DNA from: Phoronis australis
Lineage: Eukaryota; Animalia; Phoronida
Assembly (NCBI GenBank): GCA_002633005.1
Contig: NMRA01000026.1
Location: forward strand, 346,101-410,100
Direction of reading: 5' to 3'
DNA length: 64,000 nucleotides
Below the pieces are notes generated by a model. It was not told where the DNA came from. It worked only from the letters and a program-made list of their open reading frames with translations, and did no database searches. The translations under genes and the position numbers were made by a program. Of the stretch, positions 51,201 to 63,435 are shown one piece after another (position 1 is the stretch's first letter; each line of letters starts with the position of its first letter).

Positions 51201-54200
51201 TCTTTTCTGTTAATTTCGCCAAGTGTCGCTCCTCGGAGCGCTTTCATTGAAACTTTAGTACCTGGTTTTAGTCGCCAGTCGTCAGTGCTATCACTTTCTG
51301 ATTCACCCCACTGATGCGCAATTATTATCAACAAGTCTTAAAACAACACCACCTACAGAGTAATAACTTTTTCTGTACAACGGTTATAATCTCTTGCTAA
51401 ACCACCCTCGCAGAGGGCTATAACCGCGCCGCAGTTATCACTTTTAAAACAGGTTTTCAAGTCTTCAAACAGGAAGTTTGAAATCGGTTTGAGAAGTTAC
51501 AAGGGTAAATGGGAAGTCACCACAAAGCAAAACCACCAAATTTAACGCCCTAATGTCTCAGGGCATTTAGAAAAATGAAGCTCATCATCAAATTACTATA
51601 AAATATTTCATTTCATAACCAATACCTCTTAAACTCAAACAACAGAAAAAGTTAGCTAAACAACTGTCAAATCAATTTCCTTTTGGAATATTTTCAACAA
51701 ACACATCTATTTTTAATCAACAAAAGAAATTTTTACAAAGTAGGCAGGATGACGATGGGTTTTGAGGACGCCAATTATATTTTTCTGGAATCATTGTCAG
51801 AGAACACAAGGACACATGGCTTCTTGGAAACGAATCAAACATCACGATTCTTTTTGACATATCAAAACAAAAAACTCTTTAAGGTTATGTCGGACCTTAT
51901 GTCTGCTCTGTGTATTTTGCCAAGTACCAACAAAACTATACATTTTAACTCGGTAAAAGTACACAGTAGAAAGCCAGTAGAATTTCATTTATTTCACTAA
52001 TCTGCCATCAACAGGGTCACATGGTCATACATTATCAGTAAAACTTAGCAAAAAGAAAGGTACAGTCATAGCAAAACAACGGTAAAAATAACTGCACGAC
52101 CAAATTTCAATGTTCAATATGTAATCTCAATTTCTGGATTATCATTTCGCTCTATTTTAGATAGCACTTCATGAGGAACATTTAAAAAAACACAATTCCT
52201 AAAAGAATTTTGTAGAACAATGAATAAAAAATACAACCTGGAAGTTTCATATGAATCCAATAAGCTACTTCTGAAAAATGAAGTTACAAACAAATATGGA
52301 CACTTTTCTAGGATTTGACCAAACTCGGGTCCTGGCAACTTTAAATATTCAGTGTTCAATTGCTGTCATTGCAAAGCACTTCAAAGGCATAATTCATACA
52401 CTTCATCTCATTATCAGTGACCAAAGCCAGACCCTCCCCCCCCAGAGTCCTTGGGTATTAAGTGCAGCAAGGACTAAGATGAGTATAAATTTTATCTCAT
52501 GATGGGAGGCAGAGGCGACTTCAATCAAAGAGCAGAGAAAGCAAAATCAATAGGCCTTCTGGATGGTACAGTCAGGCATAAATGATTATCAGTTCAGAGT
52601 TGGAAAACACACCACAGCCTGGATAGACACACACACGACATTAAAGCTCCGTTTTGCTCTAGTTAGATGACTAAATACTGGAAATCGAATCAGGCCTTCA
52701 ACTCTCATAAAATCGGTTTCGCAATTTTTCTTACCGTGACAGGAATCTATTTCTGCTACTAACAAGAGTGTTGAAACCATCGACGACTCAAAGAAAACAT
52801 TTGAGAGTTTATCAGGGATGGCTAAGTTATTACTGGGAATTCGAAAATGGTGTATTTTAACTCGAGAAAATGCTTCAGACTTTATTGGGAAACTAGGGCG
52901 CATGCTCGATGCATAGATAACAGTAGATAGGCGTATCGTTCACTTTGTTTTTCTTTCTTATAATAAAGATAATGGTAAGCATTAATCGGTAACTGCTGAT
53001 GGGCGCCCAAGATTGGACATCCGTGCTACCTATACTGATCTATCCAGCAAAGACGCAACAAAGGAAAACAACGGCAGCATCCCATAGATGGGACAATAGC
53101 TTGCGAAACCAATACGACATCATTTGGCACAGGTTACCCAAAATCAGGAACTCCAAAATGGCTCAATGCCTGTGACTCAAGTTGATAATGGAAATATAAT
53201 CCTATCACAGAAAAGAATATTATACCGATTTTATAAGAGTAAGAGGCTCAATTCGATTTACATTTTTAGCCAACTAAACAGGGCGAAATTCACCTTTACA
53301 TAATCAATCACATGGAGACTGTAAACAACTCTAACAAGCCAGCACAGCTCCTTTCATCCTGGCACACATACACATTACAAATGTAAACTTTGCCCAATGC
53401 TAACCTCCCTTTGATCACATGGTGAACCCGACTGGGAGGCCCAAACCCTTAAATCCAACCTAAAATCTACGTTACCAACTGCTCGATGACCCTTTTTCAG
53501 TTACTGACCCTTTCATCAAAATCCATCCAACCACTTTTTAATTAAAAACGCGGGTGTTTAAAAGACTGGATTTTACCTAACGGAACAATCAATGAAAGCT
53601 ACCAATGAGTTCCAGCACTTTTCAACACTAATGCCTTTTAAGTGCCATCCGCACACGGACTTACCCTAGAACAAGTTACTCTTGAAACGAGTTGTCACTT
53701 GGTTCGAGTACTGTCTGGATGCTATTTAAACTAGCGCAACTTACCCCACTTATGACCACATTACTGAGGTAGGGTAACTTGTTCTAAGGTAAGTTGCGAC
53801 ACTTGTAACCGCGAAAGTGGGCTAGGGCTGAAGTAATTATAAGTTGTGGAACTACATACAGACGGTTTTCTTTTGCGCGCCGTATTGGCATCAGATGTTC
53901 ATTGTCACGCACAGAGCGACAACTTCTGCCTTACCCTAGTTATGGGATATGTGTGTGTGTGTGTGTGTGTGGACTTTCAACTCCAAAATGGGGTTAGTTA
54001 CTAGCACTAGTGGAAGTTGTTCTAGCGTAAACTGTGCGTGAACAAGACTTTATTCCCAGCCCGTATACCATACCGGTTTACAAGAAAATGACAGAGACTT
54101 GTCTTCAAGAAGGTATATATATATAACACGCACAATAACTAATTTCTGTGGATCAGCACAATGCTTTGTCGAAGTTCAATAACCAATACCTATACCCATG

Positions 54201-57200
54201 TTTGTACAGCATTGATTTAACAAGCAATTAACAATCAGTATACCTAATTGAGTTACATAGTTTTGCATGAAATAAGAAGCCTCGAAATACTTCGAACTTT
54301 ATGCGGAATTTCATTACTTGGTTATTCGAGTTTGTTCCCTTAGCAATGAATATGGACCATATATGGAAAAGATAGGTCAACCAAAACGTTCATAGCAACT
54401 CTCATTTAGGTGTCAAAAGTGAACGGGGTTGGGATTTGGCTCTTGTGACGAAAGAAAGGTTCTTTTGAAGCATAAACTTGTTATATCATGCTGGTGGTGG
54501 TACAGTGAAAGACTGTGGTTGACCTGGTAAGGGTCAATTTCAACAACGTCGCCATTTTAACGCACTACAGAAGACGCTAACAACACGATGTACCCGGCAA
54601 CCACTGTATGGCAAAATCCATAACTCAGGTGACTCAAAATTGCAAGTGAAACACTCGAAAATACCATTGGATATACTCCATAAAGCAAAATCACAAGCGT
54701 AAAAATTGGCTCACTTGCACAAGTGCCGAGCACTAGAGTTTCAATATTTTTGACGAAGATCTTGGTTATCACTCAGTCCAAATCGGGGATAACGAATGCA
54801 AATATGCCGTCACTCGTATTTCCGAGCAGAGATGTTCACCCGTGTCGAGCTCTGCAAGTAATAGATGAGAGTGTGCCTGCGTGCACTCACAATCCAGAAC
54901 AAAACGCAACACCTTATCAGCTACGAAAATGAACAATGAGACAATATACCAAATGATGAAAACCCCAACATGAGTCAATGGGCGTCACTTCTTTCATTTG
55001 CCAACTCACGACAAAACCTCAAAGCCCCAAAGTACATCCACTTCAAAGCCCGAAATGCCCAATCGAGAAATACAATACTGAACGGGCAAAAAACTCACCG
55101 AAGATGATACCAAAGAGGGCAGAGGACTCACACTATACGATACTTGGCAGAACCCCAGGTACCTAAATGAGAATCTGCTAATTTCGATTTTTTTATTCTT
55201 TCACACAACCGCACACACATTCAACAAGCTTTTGTCATATGTGGAATGAACAAAGTGTGAAAACATTGAAGCGTGTAGACATAAAAAAGCCTCAAAAATC
55301 ATTTATGTTCACTCTAGAAGCAAGAATTTAGAGCAAAAACATAACATCGTCTTAATTCTAACCAGAATGTATGATGAGAAAATAACTAAAAAACATACTC
55401 TTATATACAGCACCAACCCCTGCCTTAGATCCTAAAACTTGTCAGCAGTGTGATAAATTAAGGAATGGATGAAGTGATTAATTAATTAATTTTTCAGGCA
55501 TTGACACGACGATGATTAAGAGCATGTAACATAGAACATACTAGTACATGAGGGTTGGAATCTAGGCCACACAATCGAGAGCCACAAGTGTTAGCAAATA
55601 ATTCCAATATGAGACAGGAATTTAAAGCCATACACGAAACAAACCACAAGGACAATGAAAACAATAGTACACATTTTGAAGAGAACAGAAACGTGATTCA
55701 AAAGGAAGTCTTATTTCAATTCATGAACAGGACAAGTTTGGTTATGAAGAAAATGATTTACTTGTACAAAACACATCATTCATTTAGAGTACAAAACAAC
55801 ACTAGATGTCTCTGCACGCCAAACACAATAACACAACCCAAGTTAAATCTGGTGTCTCACCTCATGACCCACACGGGCTCGTTGTTGACAGACTCCTGCT
55901 GTGAACACTTCAGCTGCGTGTTTTTGCCTTTCTCAATGGCACTACGAATATCTGCCAGAGCTGATTCCACCTCTTCTTTCCTTTCACCCACCAGGTGTCG
56001 CCGCCGCTGCTCTGATTCCACCTCCAACTGTTGCTGGATTTTCTAGGAAAATTCATCAAGTAATATATTATAATTGACTTCAGTGAGAATATCGAGGATA
56101 GTTGGATTAGCTCTTCATTCAATTTCAAACCAGTATCATGTTGTTGTTATTATTGATCCTAAATTCAACCTTGAACTCAAGTTCTAACTGTCTAAGGAAA
56201 TTTATGAAAACTACGAAGAAAAGCGCAAGGAAACCTGTTCCGTAGAGCCTCGATGGGTCAGTTTGAAGTTGTGCTGAAACAGATCAGCTATCCATGCCAG
56301 CTACGTTTTTTATTTCACAGTTTTGGTTTTACTGATTTATTTTTTTCTCAGAAAAGTAAGACAAATACCTAACCTAGCAAATAAAATTAAACGTATTTTG
56401 CCCATCAGGAAAAACAAAAATCAAGACAGTTTATAACTTAGGTAGACAGTTTTGTAATACCGCACACAACAGTGTAAAACCTCTTTAAGTGATTTACTTT
56501 CAGAAAATATGTTCTTTTACTGAGGTTAAAATCTATAAGTTTGTAAATATTTGGCTAAATACAACGGCTCGTCAATAAGGTCACATAATCGATAGCCATA
56601 CTTCAGTCTGGCCACGAAGTAAAATTTGTATGCCCGACTCTGTGCATAAAAAAATTTCCCTGCTCATCTCCATAACATCTAGCCAATTGAATGTGGTGGT
56701 GCCCCAAATGCTTTCAACACACATGACAGAACAGTACTTACAAGTCCTTCAGGTGAAGCTAGGAACTCCTCAATATCACTCCCTTCACGGCTGTCGGACA
56801 GACCATCCAGCACACTAGGCATGCCATTACCACCGGCCGTATCGGACACCACACTCTCTGCGTCACCACTCTCCCCCTCTGACGTTTGTGTCGACAGAGC
56901 GTGTCTATCATCCTCAACAGTGTCGTTCAGAGGAATCTCCGTCATCGTCTGTTCTACCTCTTCCGCACTTATCTGTTGGAGACACGGTCTGCCGTGCATG
57001 GATATGTGCGATGGCGATTTGGTCACTTGATCATCGCCAAATGCCAGTCTTGCTCCTACGTAACTATGAGTGGTCTCTACAGCTGCCACTGGCACACCAT
57101 TGCAGACATATCTGTCATCCCTATCAACATTGTTTGAGACAGAAGAGGGGTCTACAGCTAAACCATTTTCACGTGTAACCAACTCTGGGTGTTCAGTCAA

Positions 57201-57959
57201 AATGGAATCTCTTTCTAACGAGTCTCGTTCTGAACTAGACGAGTCACGGACACGAGAACCATGGGTAGGTAACCGTCTTGCTACTCCTGGGGACTGCTTT
57301 TTCATTTTGGGTATTGCACCATGTTTGTTTGTTCTCAAATGATCAAGTATACCCTGATCATCAAATTTACAATCTTTGACTTGATTCAACTCGGGTATAT
57401 TGTTTCTGATCTCGGCACTGTTGCGTTTGTGGACGAGCTGTTCAAAGGACGGCTGACCAGATCCATCATCAGTTAAACTGTCGTTGATGGCTGGTTCCCG
57501 AGCAACCTGGCTGTAATCAAAGTCTTTCATTTCCTTCTCGGGAGACTCGCAACTGTCACTAGTGTCTGGCTGAGACCCGATCATGAACTCGTCCAAATTT
57601 AAACCCGAAATGGTGCTCAGGTCGCTGGCGCGCCTGGAGCCACCGTCACCGGGGTTAACGTAAAGACTGGTGTCATCGTCTCCATCATCCTGATCACCAT
57701 GGTCACCGGAGCCCATGTCACCACCACCGGTTACCGCTGCATTCTCAGTGGATGATGCTACGTTACTAGCCTCTAATGATACTTTGCTGTCAGTGTCAGC
57801 GTCGCTAGTTTTATCAAAACCGGAATCTTGACAAGATGACTCTTCATTTTCTTCGACCGTCTCAGAGTGAATAATTTCCCTGGAGACATCGTGCTCAGGC
57901 AGTGTCCTCCAGCTGGTCTGGTGAACTTCTGGCAGCACCTGACTCTGTTCGCTCATCAT
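21207..57959 (-). CDS. APBA1: X11/Mint/LIN-10 (APBA family) adaptor, whole spliced CDS span; 15 coding exons, about 1091 aa
   Basis: Exons 56742-57959, 55861-56042, 45294-45400, 43923-44009, 40751-41167, 37697-37806, 37002-37026, 33336-33487, 27637-27723, 26939-27100 (or duplicate 26340-26501), 24993-25175, 24013-24225, 23154-23273, 22214-22354 and 21207-21278 join through GT-AG introns with matching phases (3276 nt). The product has a PTB domain, two PDZ domains and a ...TGQEVPHYI* tail. The start codon is uncertain, and the symbol denotes the family, with Mint1-like features. Confidence 0.93.
22214..22354 (-). CDS. APBA1: APBA PDZ2 exon
   Basis: [38 protein letters not shown]; 141 nt. Confidence 0.96.
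23154..23273 (-). CDS. APBA1: APBA PDZ1/PDZ2 junction exon
   Basis: [26 protein letters not shown]; 120 nt. Confidence 0.96.
24013..24225 (-). CDS. APBA1: APBA PDZ1 exon
   Basis: [16 protein letters not shown]...[20 protein letters not shown]; 213 nt. Confidence 0.96.
24993..25175 (-). CDS. APBA1: APBA PTB C-terminal helix and linker ([20 protein letters not shown]...NYEDVLNQQ)
   Basis: AQSIGQAF motif; 183 nt, phase 0. Confidence 0.95.
26340..26501 (-). CDS. APBA1: APBA PTB exon 3, duplicate copy A (probably an allelic copy retained by the assembly)
   Basis: Encodes the same peptide as copy B, 599 bp away, across a single N at 26780. Confidence 0.6.
26939..27100 (-). CDS. APBA1: APBA PTB exon 3 ([17 protein letters not shown]...[11 protein letters not shown]), copy B
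   Basis: X11 [15 protein letters not shown] motif; 162 nt, phase 0. Confidence 0.9.
27637..27723 (-). CDS. APBA1: APBA PTB exon 2 ([29 protein letters not shown])
   Basis: Matches X11 [14 protein letters not shown]; 87 nt, phase 0. Confidence 0.95.
27735..28400. repeat. Purine-rich minisatellite with a 41-bp core unit
   Basis: acaagatagctcatactggaccagaagagaaagtgggacaa about 4 times at 28123-28290, with degenerate copies on both sides. Confidence 0.85.
33336..33487 (-). CDS. APBA1: APBA PTB domain exon 1 ([18 protein letters not shown]...[12 protein letters not shown])
   Basis: Characteristic start of the X11 PTB domain; AG/GT boundaries. Not in the ORF track. Confidence 0.95.
35016..35571 (+). 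mobile_element. Abundant, old Kolobok-like non-autonomous family (most complete copy)
   Basis: TTAA|GGTTATGCG...CACAACC|TTAA. Diverged relatives at about 14005-14450, 43368-43690, 46748-47120 (minus), 51890-52330 (minus) and 56400-56590. Confidence 0.65.
37002..37026 (-). CDS. APBA1: APBA 25-nt exon EKRTRAKE, with a possible alternative donor extending it to 36978
   Basis: ttttcag|GAGAAG...GAAG|gtgag. It supplies the phase 0 to 1 change needed before the first PTB exon. Confidence 0.75.
37697..37806 (-). CDS. APBA1: APBA exon [37 protein letters not shown]
   Basis: tgtag acceptor and CAG|gtgag donor; phases 1 to 0. Confidence 0.8.
40751..41167 (-). CDS. APBA1: APBA exon, 417 nt, low-complexity linker (symmetric phase 1)
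   Basis: ttttag acceptor, GAG|gtcggt donor, 139 codons without a stop, more GC-rich than its flanks. Confidence 0.75.
43923..44009 (-). CDS. APBA1: APBA exon [28 protein letters not shown] (symmetric phase 1)
   Basis: tgcag acceptor and GAG|gtaggc donor; 87 nt, open in frame. Confidence 0.72.
44275..44633. mobile_element. Kolobok-like MITE
   Basis: TTAA|AAGGATACCAAAAC...GTTTAGTATCCTT|TTAA. Confidence 0.6.
45294..45400 (-). CDS. APBA1: APBA exon, charged helix [35 protein letters not shown]
   Basis: tgtag acceptor and G|gtacgc donor; phases 2 to 1 match both neighbouring exons. Confidence 0.78.
47357..47398 (-). ncRNA. Minimal type I hammerhead ribozyme motif (Penelope-like element type)
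   Basis: Minus strand reads CAC-CTGACGA-T-GGCCGG-AGAATAGA-CCGACC-GAAA-C-GTC-GTG: both core boxes, stem II, a 3-bp stem I, and palindromic ACGT in place of stem III. Confidence 0.65.
49187..51441 (-). mobile_element. Unclassified interspersed repeat, possibly Helitron/Helentron-related, with hairpins at both ends
   Basis: On the minus strand it ends in hairpin ACCACTCAGTGTGAATGGT followed by ...CTAG. Hairpins ccctc-gca-gaggg and ataaccgcgccgcagttat lie at the other end. Contains a (CAT/CGT)n tract; boundaries are approximate. Confidence 0.4.
49572..51406. repeat. Tandem duplication with about 917-bp period around a single N (50488)
   Basis: 49572-50487 versus 50489-51406, with scattered substitutions and small indels. 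Confidence 0.95.
53950..53971. repeat. (TG)n microsatellite, inside a degenerate inverted-repeat element at about 53640-54050
   Basis: Visible dinucleotide run; flanking motif cttaccctagaacaag recurs inverted. Confidence 0.85.
55861..56042 (-). CDS. APBA1: APBA exon with the CASK-interaction region ([16 protein letters not shown]...EPVWVMR)
   Basis: cctag|AAAATC...ATGAG|gtgag, 182 nt. Resembles Mint1 ISLAIKDIKEAIEE...EPIWVMR. Confidence 0.9.
56742..57959 (-). CDS. APBA1: APBA large N-terminal exon (acidic, Ser-rich, probably disordered)
   Basis: 433-aa ORF in the track. Acceptor tttcag before 57981, first in-frame ATG at 57959, phase-0 donor CTT|gtaagt joining the next exon in frame. Confidence 0.8.
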
Positions 57960-60498
57960 ATTCACATGCTGATGTAGCAATCTGAAATGACGTGAATAAA
58001 TAGCACCAATAAGACATTTTCTAAATAGGCACCAGCAGTGATGGTCACCTCAACGGAATCATAATCCCCGTTAATGGTCTGACATAACGCGCCGATTTTT
58101 GAGAACCAGTTTTCTCCACTGAATAACAGGCATCAACCTGGTTCTCAAAATACGGGCACATTGTACCAGACTATTGCCATAATCACCAATAACGAACTAG
58201 ATGCAATTGTATGTATAGCAATTGACCTTTCAAGGGCAAGAGGATTGTGGGATACCTACAAATGGCTGCAATGGATTGTAGAACAGCAGTGGATATCTGA
58301 GGCTGCACTTTGGCATAATGGATTGACTATGTGATACTGGGACTGGGTACTAACAACCAAGGCCCTAAAGTACGCAATGCCCTTGTCGTTAATCATCTCG
58401 TTTCCGCTTCTGCGAGGTGCGACATCTAGCGTTGAAGTTTCCAGAGTTCTGCTTACGATTATCACACGAGTACTGGGACACACAGCTGTTTATAATGCGA
58501 AACAAAACTATGAGATGACAGTGCGTTTTTAAAAAAATGGCTTAAAACAGCATATTTCAATAACGCAGTTTTTTGCATATTTTTAAAACATACATTTGAA
58601 ACAAACTATTGTTCAGATTTGATGTAAAACGTAATCCAGGGGTCGCTTAAACAACTCATCAAAATGTCCCAAGGTCCACCACAAAGCATAGAGGGTCCTT
58701 AACATTGTTTAAAGTACGCTAACTCACTGTATACATTTCTGCCATCCGAACCTTAAAAATATACATTTTTACAAATTATGTAATAATTATATCCATTTTC
58801 ACTCTGTATTTTTTACTTGTTTATGCAGAAACATGGCAAAATCACACAATGCAAGCAAACAAGAGCACATAATAAGAATGAAGCAGTTCATAAACACATT
58901 TATTACAGAAGCCTGTAAAAAACAACACAGAAAGCTGAGACAGTATGATGTAGGCAGTTTAATTGAGGCGCACAATAAAATAGGTGGGTATGGCACGACT
59001 TTGTTTCACTGCAAGCACAGCCTACGTGGAAGTGCTGTTTCGTGAAAATCTTCAATCGGCTTTCCGAAAGTCAGTTGTCTCCCCTGAAAGGATTACTCCT
59101 TCCACAGCATACTTGCTGAGGTTGAAAATGATTTTTTTACTAAATGGTTGCAAAGATGTACACTACAAGCAAAGAGGTCATTGCCACTTGACTAAGTATT
59201 TTCAAGAAGTTCTGCAAGAAAGGTGCTGACAAAAAGTGTCGAAATGCTGAAAAAGAAAACATCAGAACGAAAGCACAGGTGACAAAAAGGCAAAGGAGAC
59301 AAAAAAGGCAAAGGAGACAAAAAAGGTGATAAAAAATTCAAAGGTGACTACAAAAGTCATGTGGAATGAATAACAGCAACAAAGTTAAGTTCAGAAACCA
59401 CGAAATGATAATGAATCAGGTCTATCACACGCTTCACAGTTCAAAAGTGACAGCACCGAGGACTTGGATGCAGGGGATGAAGAGATTTGCTACATCTGTA
59501 ACAAGTGGTCACCATGGCAACTATGCCAATGTGCGGCTTTAGAGATCACTAATTAGGGAAAATGTGAATTCCAAGGCGGCAGCCACTGGACTCACCTAAA
59601 GTTTTGTTGTGATGTGACAGCACTAAGGCGACATGACAGATATTTCTGTCCATCTTAGCGTGCCATGCCGTCAAAGCCAGCTCCAAGAAGAGTAATACAA
59701 GTGATAACTGGGATCAGTTGTGCTTAATTTGTTGAAATTATAATCAGTTTAGTGACTGTTGTATTTTTTAATTTAAAATTAAATCTACTTTAAAAACATG
59801 TCTATTTTGTTTACTAAATAGCTATTTATTTAATGTATTTTAAAGAGATTGACCATACAAAAGATTGTTTTTGGTTATTTCATGTTCACTGGTCTAATTA
59901 AAACTGGATTATTAACAACTACAGACTTTTTTCTTCTCTTATTTGTTGTTTACAAAAATAACAATTTTGATAGGCCATAGTCTGTTTTCACGTCTACAGG
60001 AAAGAGGGCAAAACAGTCACAACTTTAGGGCCTCAGAGAAAATGGCAGGCTTTTTCATATGTCTTGCAAAAACTCTGTCTGTGGATTGAAAACGAGTTAA
60101 TGCTTACGTTAAAGACTTTGGGTCCTCGGTGTGTAGTATGCCACGGTGAATGCAATATTTGTAAGTTGTGAGACTGGAATGAATCCAAAGAAATGCGAAT
60201 AATCCATTTCTTATTCGAAGAACTGAGTTTTCCAACTGCCTCTTTAAAATACAACAGATGAAATTCACACAGAAACTAATGGGGATTGTTGTACTATTGC
60301 AGCGCCAGTCCATAACAGCCGAGGCCGAGGGGTTACTAGCAGCCTTCGTGTCATCTTATAATTGTCAATGACCTGATTGTTTTGAGGAGACCCTTAATCT
60401 ATTCCCAAAAGGTCTGAACTGGTTGGGCCATTTAGTTTTCAGATTTCAATTGGCAAAATACACAAGAGGTTCACCAACTCTGCCAACTACCACGAAAT

Positions 60499-61434
60499 TA
60501 TGCAATGATCATCGCCTCTGTTGGCCCGAACCAGAGGCGATGCAGAGGCTATAGGCACTCTGTACGCCGGAAGCTTTTCGGCGAATTATGCCTCGCACCG
60601 ACTAAACCATCAGAGTCACGTCGCTATAAATACCTTTTGCGCATAGAGGAACACCTGAGGAGGTTGTCGATGTGTTTAACTCCTTCCAACTCGTACAAAT
60701 ACTCCCATTATCAAACTTCTTCTTCGAGCAGTCCCTATTTCAGTTCCCAAAATCGTGAACTCACCATTTTTATACTGCGCACGCTCCAATTTTTACCGCG
60801 CTCACTAGGTGATGTGACTTCATGACCTCAATCTTTAAATAGGCCAAAGGTGAGCCATTAGTGCGGTCTTGTCAGTCAAATGTTCGTTTCCAAAATGCCA
60901 CCACTTATACTTGTCTTTAATTGGTGTTATTTGAAACTGATTGTATTTCAATGAATTATTGTTTGTATTTGATAAAAATTAATGCTGTTGATATGACATT
61001 TAATAGTCTTTGTGCACATATTTGACATTTTAATGTTTAACAACACAGCAAATGCACGGCTGGTTCCCGGCAGCACGTACCCGTAGGGCGGGAACTTCAG
61101 CTTTCAAAGTTCGCCGGTAGGTCTGCAACTTCTGACCTTCGGCCTGGTTAAAAAAATGACAATGTTGATTTCACGATTTTGGGAACTGAAATGGGGACTG
61201 CTCGAAGAAAAAGTTTCATAACGGGAGTATTTGTTCGAGTTGGAAGGAATTAAACACATTGACAACCTCCTGTGTTCCTCTATGCGCAAAAGGTATTTAT
61301 AACAACGACAAATGTGACTTTGATGGTTTAGTCGGTGCGAGGCATAATTCGCCGAAAAGCTTCCGGCGTACAGAGCGCTTATAGCCTCTGCATCGTCTCT
61401 GGTTCGGGCCAACAGAGGCGATGGTCATTGCCTA
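60499..61434. mobile_element. Academ(H)-like non-autonomous element with about 270-bp TIRs
   Basis: Termini TAT(G)CAATGA...TCATTGCCTA. Exact 9-bp TSD CCACGAAAT at 60490-60498 and 61435-61443. Arms at about 60499-60770 and 61155-61434. Confidence 0.75.
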
Positions 61435-63435
61435 CCACGAAATCAGAGAGTGTGAATCTGAGATCTGTGATTGTGAATCGCTGCAGCGGCATGGCAGCTC
61501 ACACTAGGCTCTCAGACCAACTACAATGGGTCTTTAGTACGATTACTGCAAAATTTTTAACTCTAGTTAAAGAGGAACCAATATTACTGTAGCACTTTAG
61601 GTAGATGACTACTCTTACCCAGCTTACGTGATCCTCTGAGTCACAAGCGCATCTTCCTCCCAACTCAAGATGACTACTTCTTAATCTCGAAACAACCATA
61701 CGTAATATTTTTGATATCTTTCACACGAGTATCATTTATTTATGAACATAAAAATCGCTTAATACCGGCTCAAAATTGCACAAAATAAATCTGTTATATG
61801 GTTAACACGTATAAATGAACAAAACTATTTATTTGCGAGAGTACATTTGAAAAAAATAAGAATTTTATATGCTTTTTGTTTCACTTTAATATTTGTAAAG
61901 TTAATCAGACGATAATATTTCAACCTTTTTTCTATCATTTATTTGAAAAATATATTTTTTAAATGCTTATTTATCTTGAAAAGAGAAAATTTGAGAGGTT
62001 TGTTATAAAAATTAAAGACCTCAAGATTTTCATTTTGAAAGCATATGTGGTCAATATCCAGTATCACGTGGTACACGTCCTTTTCGCGAGTCCGCCTGAG
62101 AAGATAACTTGGTGAACTAGTATTGCCTAGTTAAAAAGGACTCGAATCCAAGATGGTAAGATCCATCTACCAACTTTTTTCCTATTACACACTTGAGGAT
62201 TAATTCAACATGTAGTAGATGGAGCTATTTTTTCGCTGATATGCATGTTTTGGGAAAAAATGGTGTTTGTCTCTCAGTTCGGCAACGCTCCTTCTCACGC
62301 TACACTCGTGATATGCCACGTAGGGAATGAACCTGTTTCAGTTTTCTGTCTTTATCACGTTTGTGATCCTGTAATTCATCTTATGTACTTTCGTAATGAC
62401 TTATTATGTGAACGTGATAGAGTAAACGAGGACTAATTTTTTCAGCGGAATCCACTGCATAGTCAAGAGTGGTGTAGACGCTGCAGTTTAGACTCCGGAA
62501 GCCGGTACAGGTTCCTTAAGTAACACGTAGCCCCCACGGTTGACTGGTTAGGGGCTTCAACACTTCCTATCGCTTTCTGTCCAAATTGGTGGTGGGAGAA
62601 GTCTTCCCACGGATTAAGTTTTCAATTCGTCAAAAATACACTCCACATAGAATACCTAATTATCAGCCGGACCCAAATTACCGAACATTACATAAAACCT
62701 TACTTGAAGCATGATCTGAGAATTAAATGACACCAATTTTTGGGTAATTGTTTACAATATGACGACATTGACCAACACACATCATTTTGGTGTCATTCAA
62801 TTCCTCGCAACGTTACCTTTCCAAAAATGTATGAATGTTTCCCCTACCGCGTGTCCTCCATATTTTGTCCTCGAATTTTGGATCGCTCTATTTCCTAGTT
62901 GACACCACCATGTTTGCTCAACACGAGATTACAGCATCACCTGTTAATGAATGAAACAGCATCATGGATTCTGAATGGTGTTTGCCCACGCAAGATTCCT
63001 GCTAAAGTTTTCCTGACATAATATGGAGGACAAGTAGCAGCATTTCACTTTTTCTAATTTTTTATAATTGTGACCATTTGACCTTTTTTCCACAAAATTG
63101 TCTGAAGTGATACCCTTTTCACCAATTTGGACCTCTAGAACAACCTTCACTTTTTTCACGGATTCTTGCCAGCAGATGCATACCTGGGTCGCCACAGGAT
63201 CGAATTCGAACCCTTGGGACCGTAACTGGGGCAGGGGATTGGCGGGTCTCGGTCAGTTTGAACTTCTGAAAAGTGACGATCTGCAGAAGTCACGGTAGAT
63301 TAGTGCAGTTTTTTGACTGCCAGGGGACTCCTTTCATTCAACACAGCGGTATTACTACTGAGTTCCAGGAAAGAGTGCGAGAAGAAATTTCATGATAAAA
63401 TACTAAGGGAATGGGGTAGCAGGGGTCGACATTAA

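Noticed and set aside
50091-51334. Asp-rich and His-rich ORFs in the track
   Set aside because: They are by-products of a (CAT/CGT)n tract inside a duplicated repeat, with no splice or domain support.
60505-61412. Two similar ORFs on opposite strands (YKYLLRIEEH)
   Set aside because: They are translations of the two arms of the inverted repeat.
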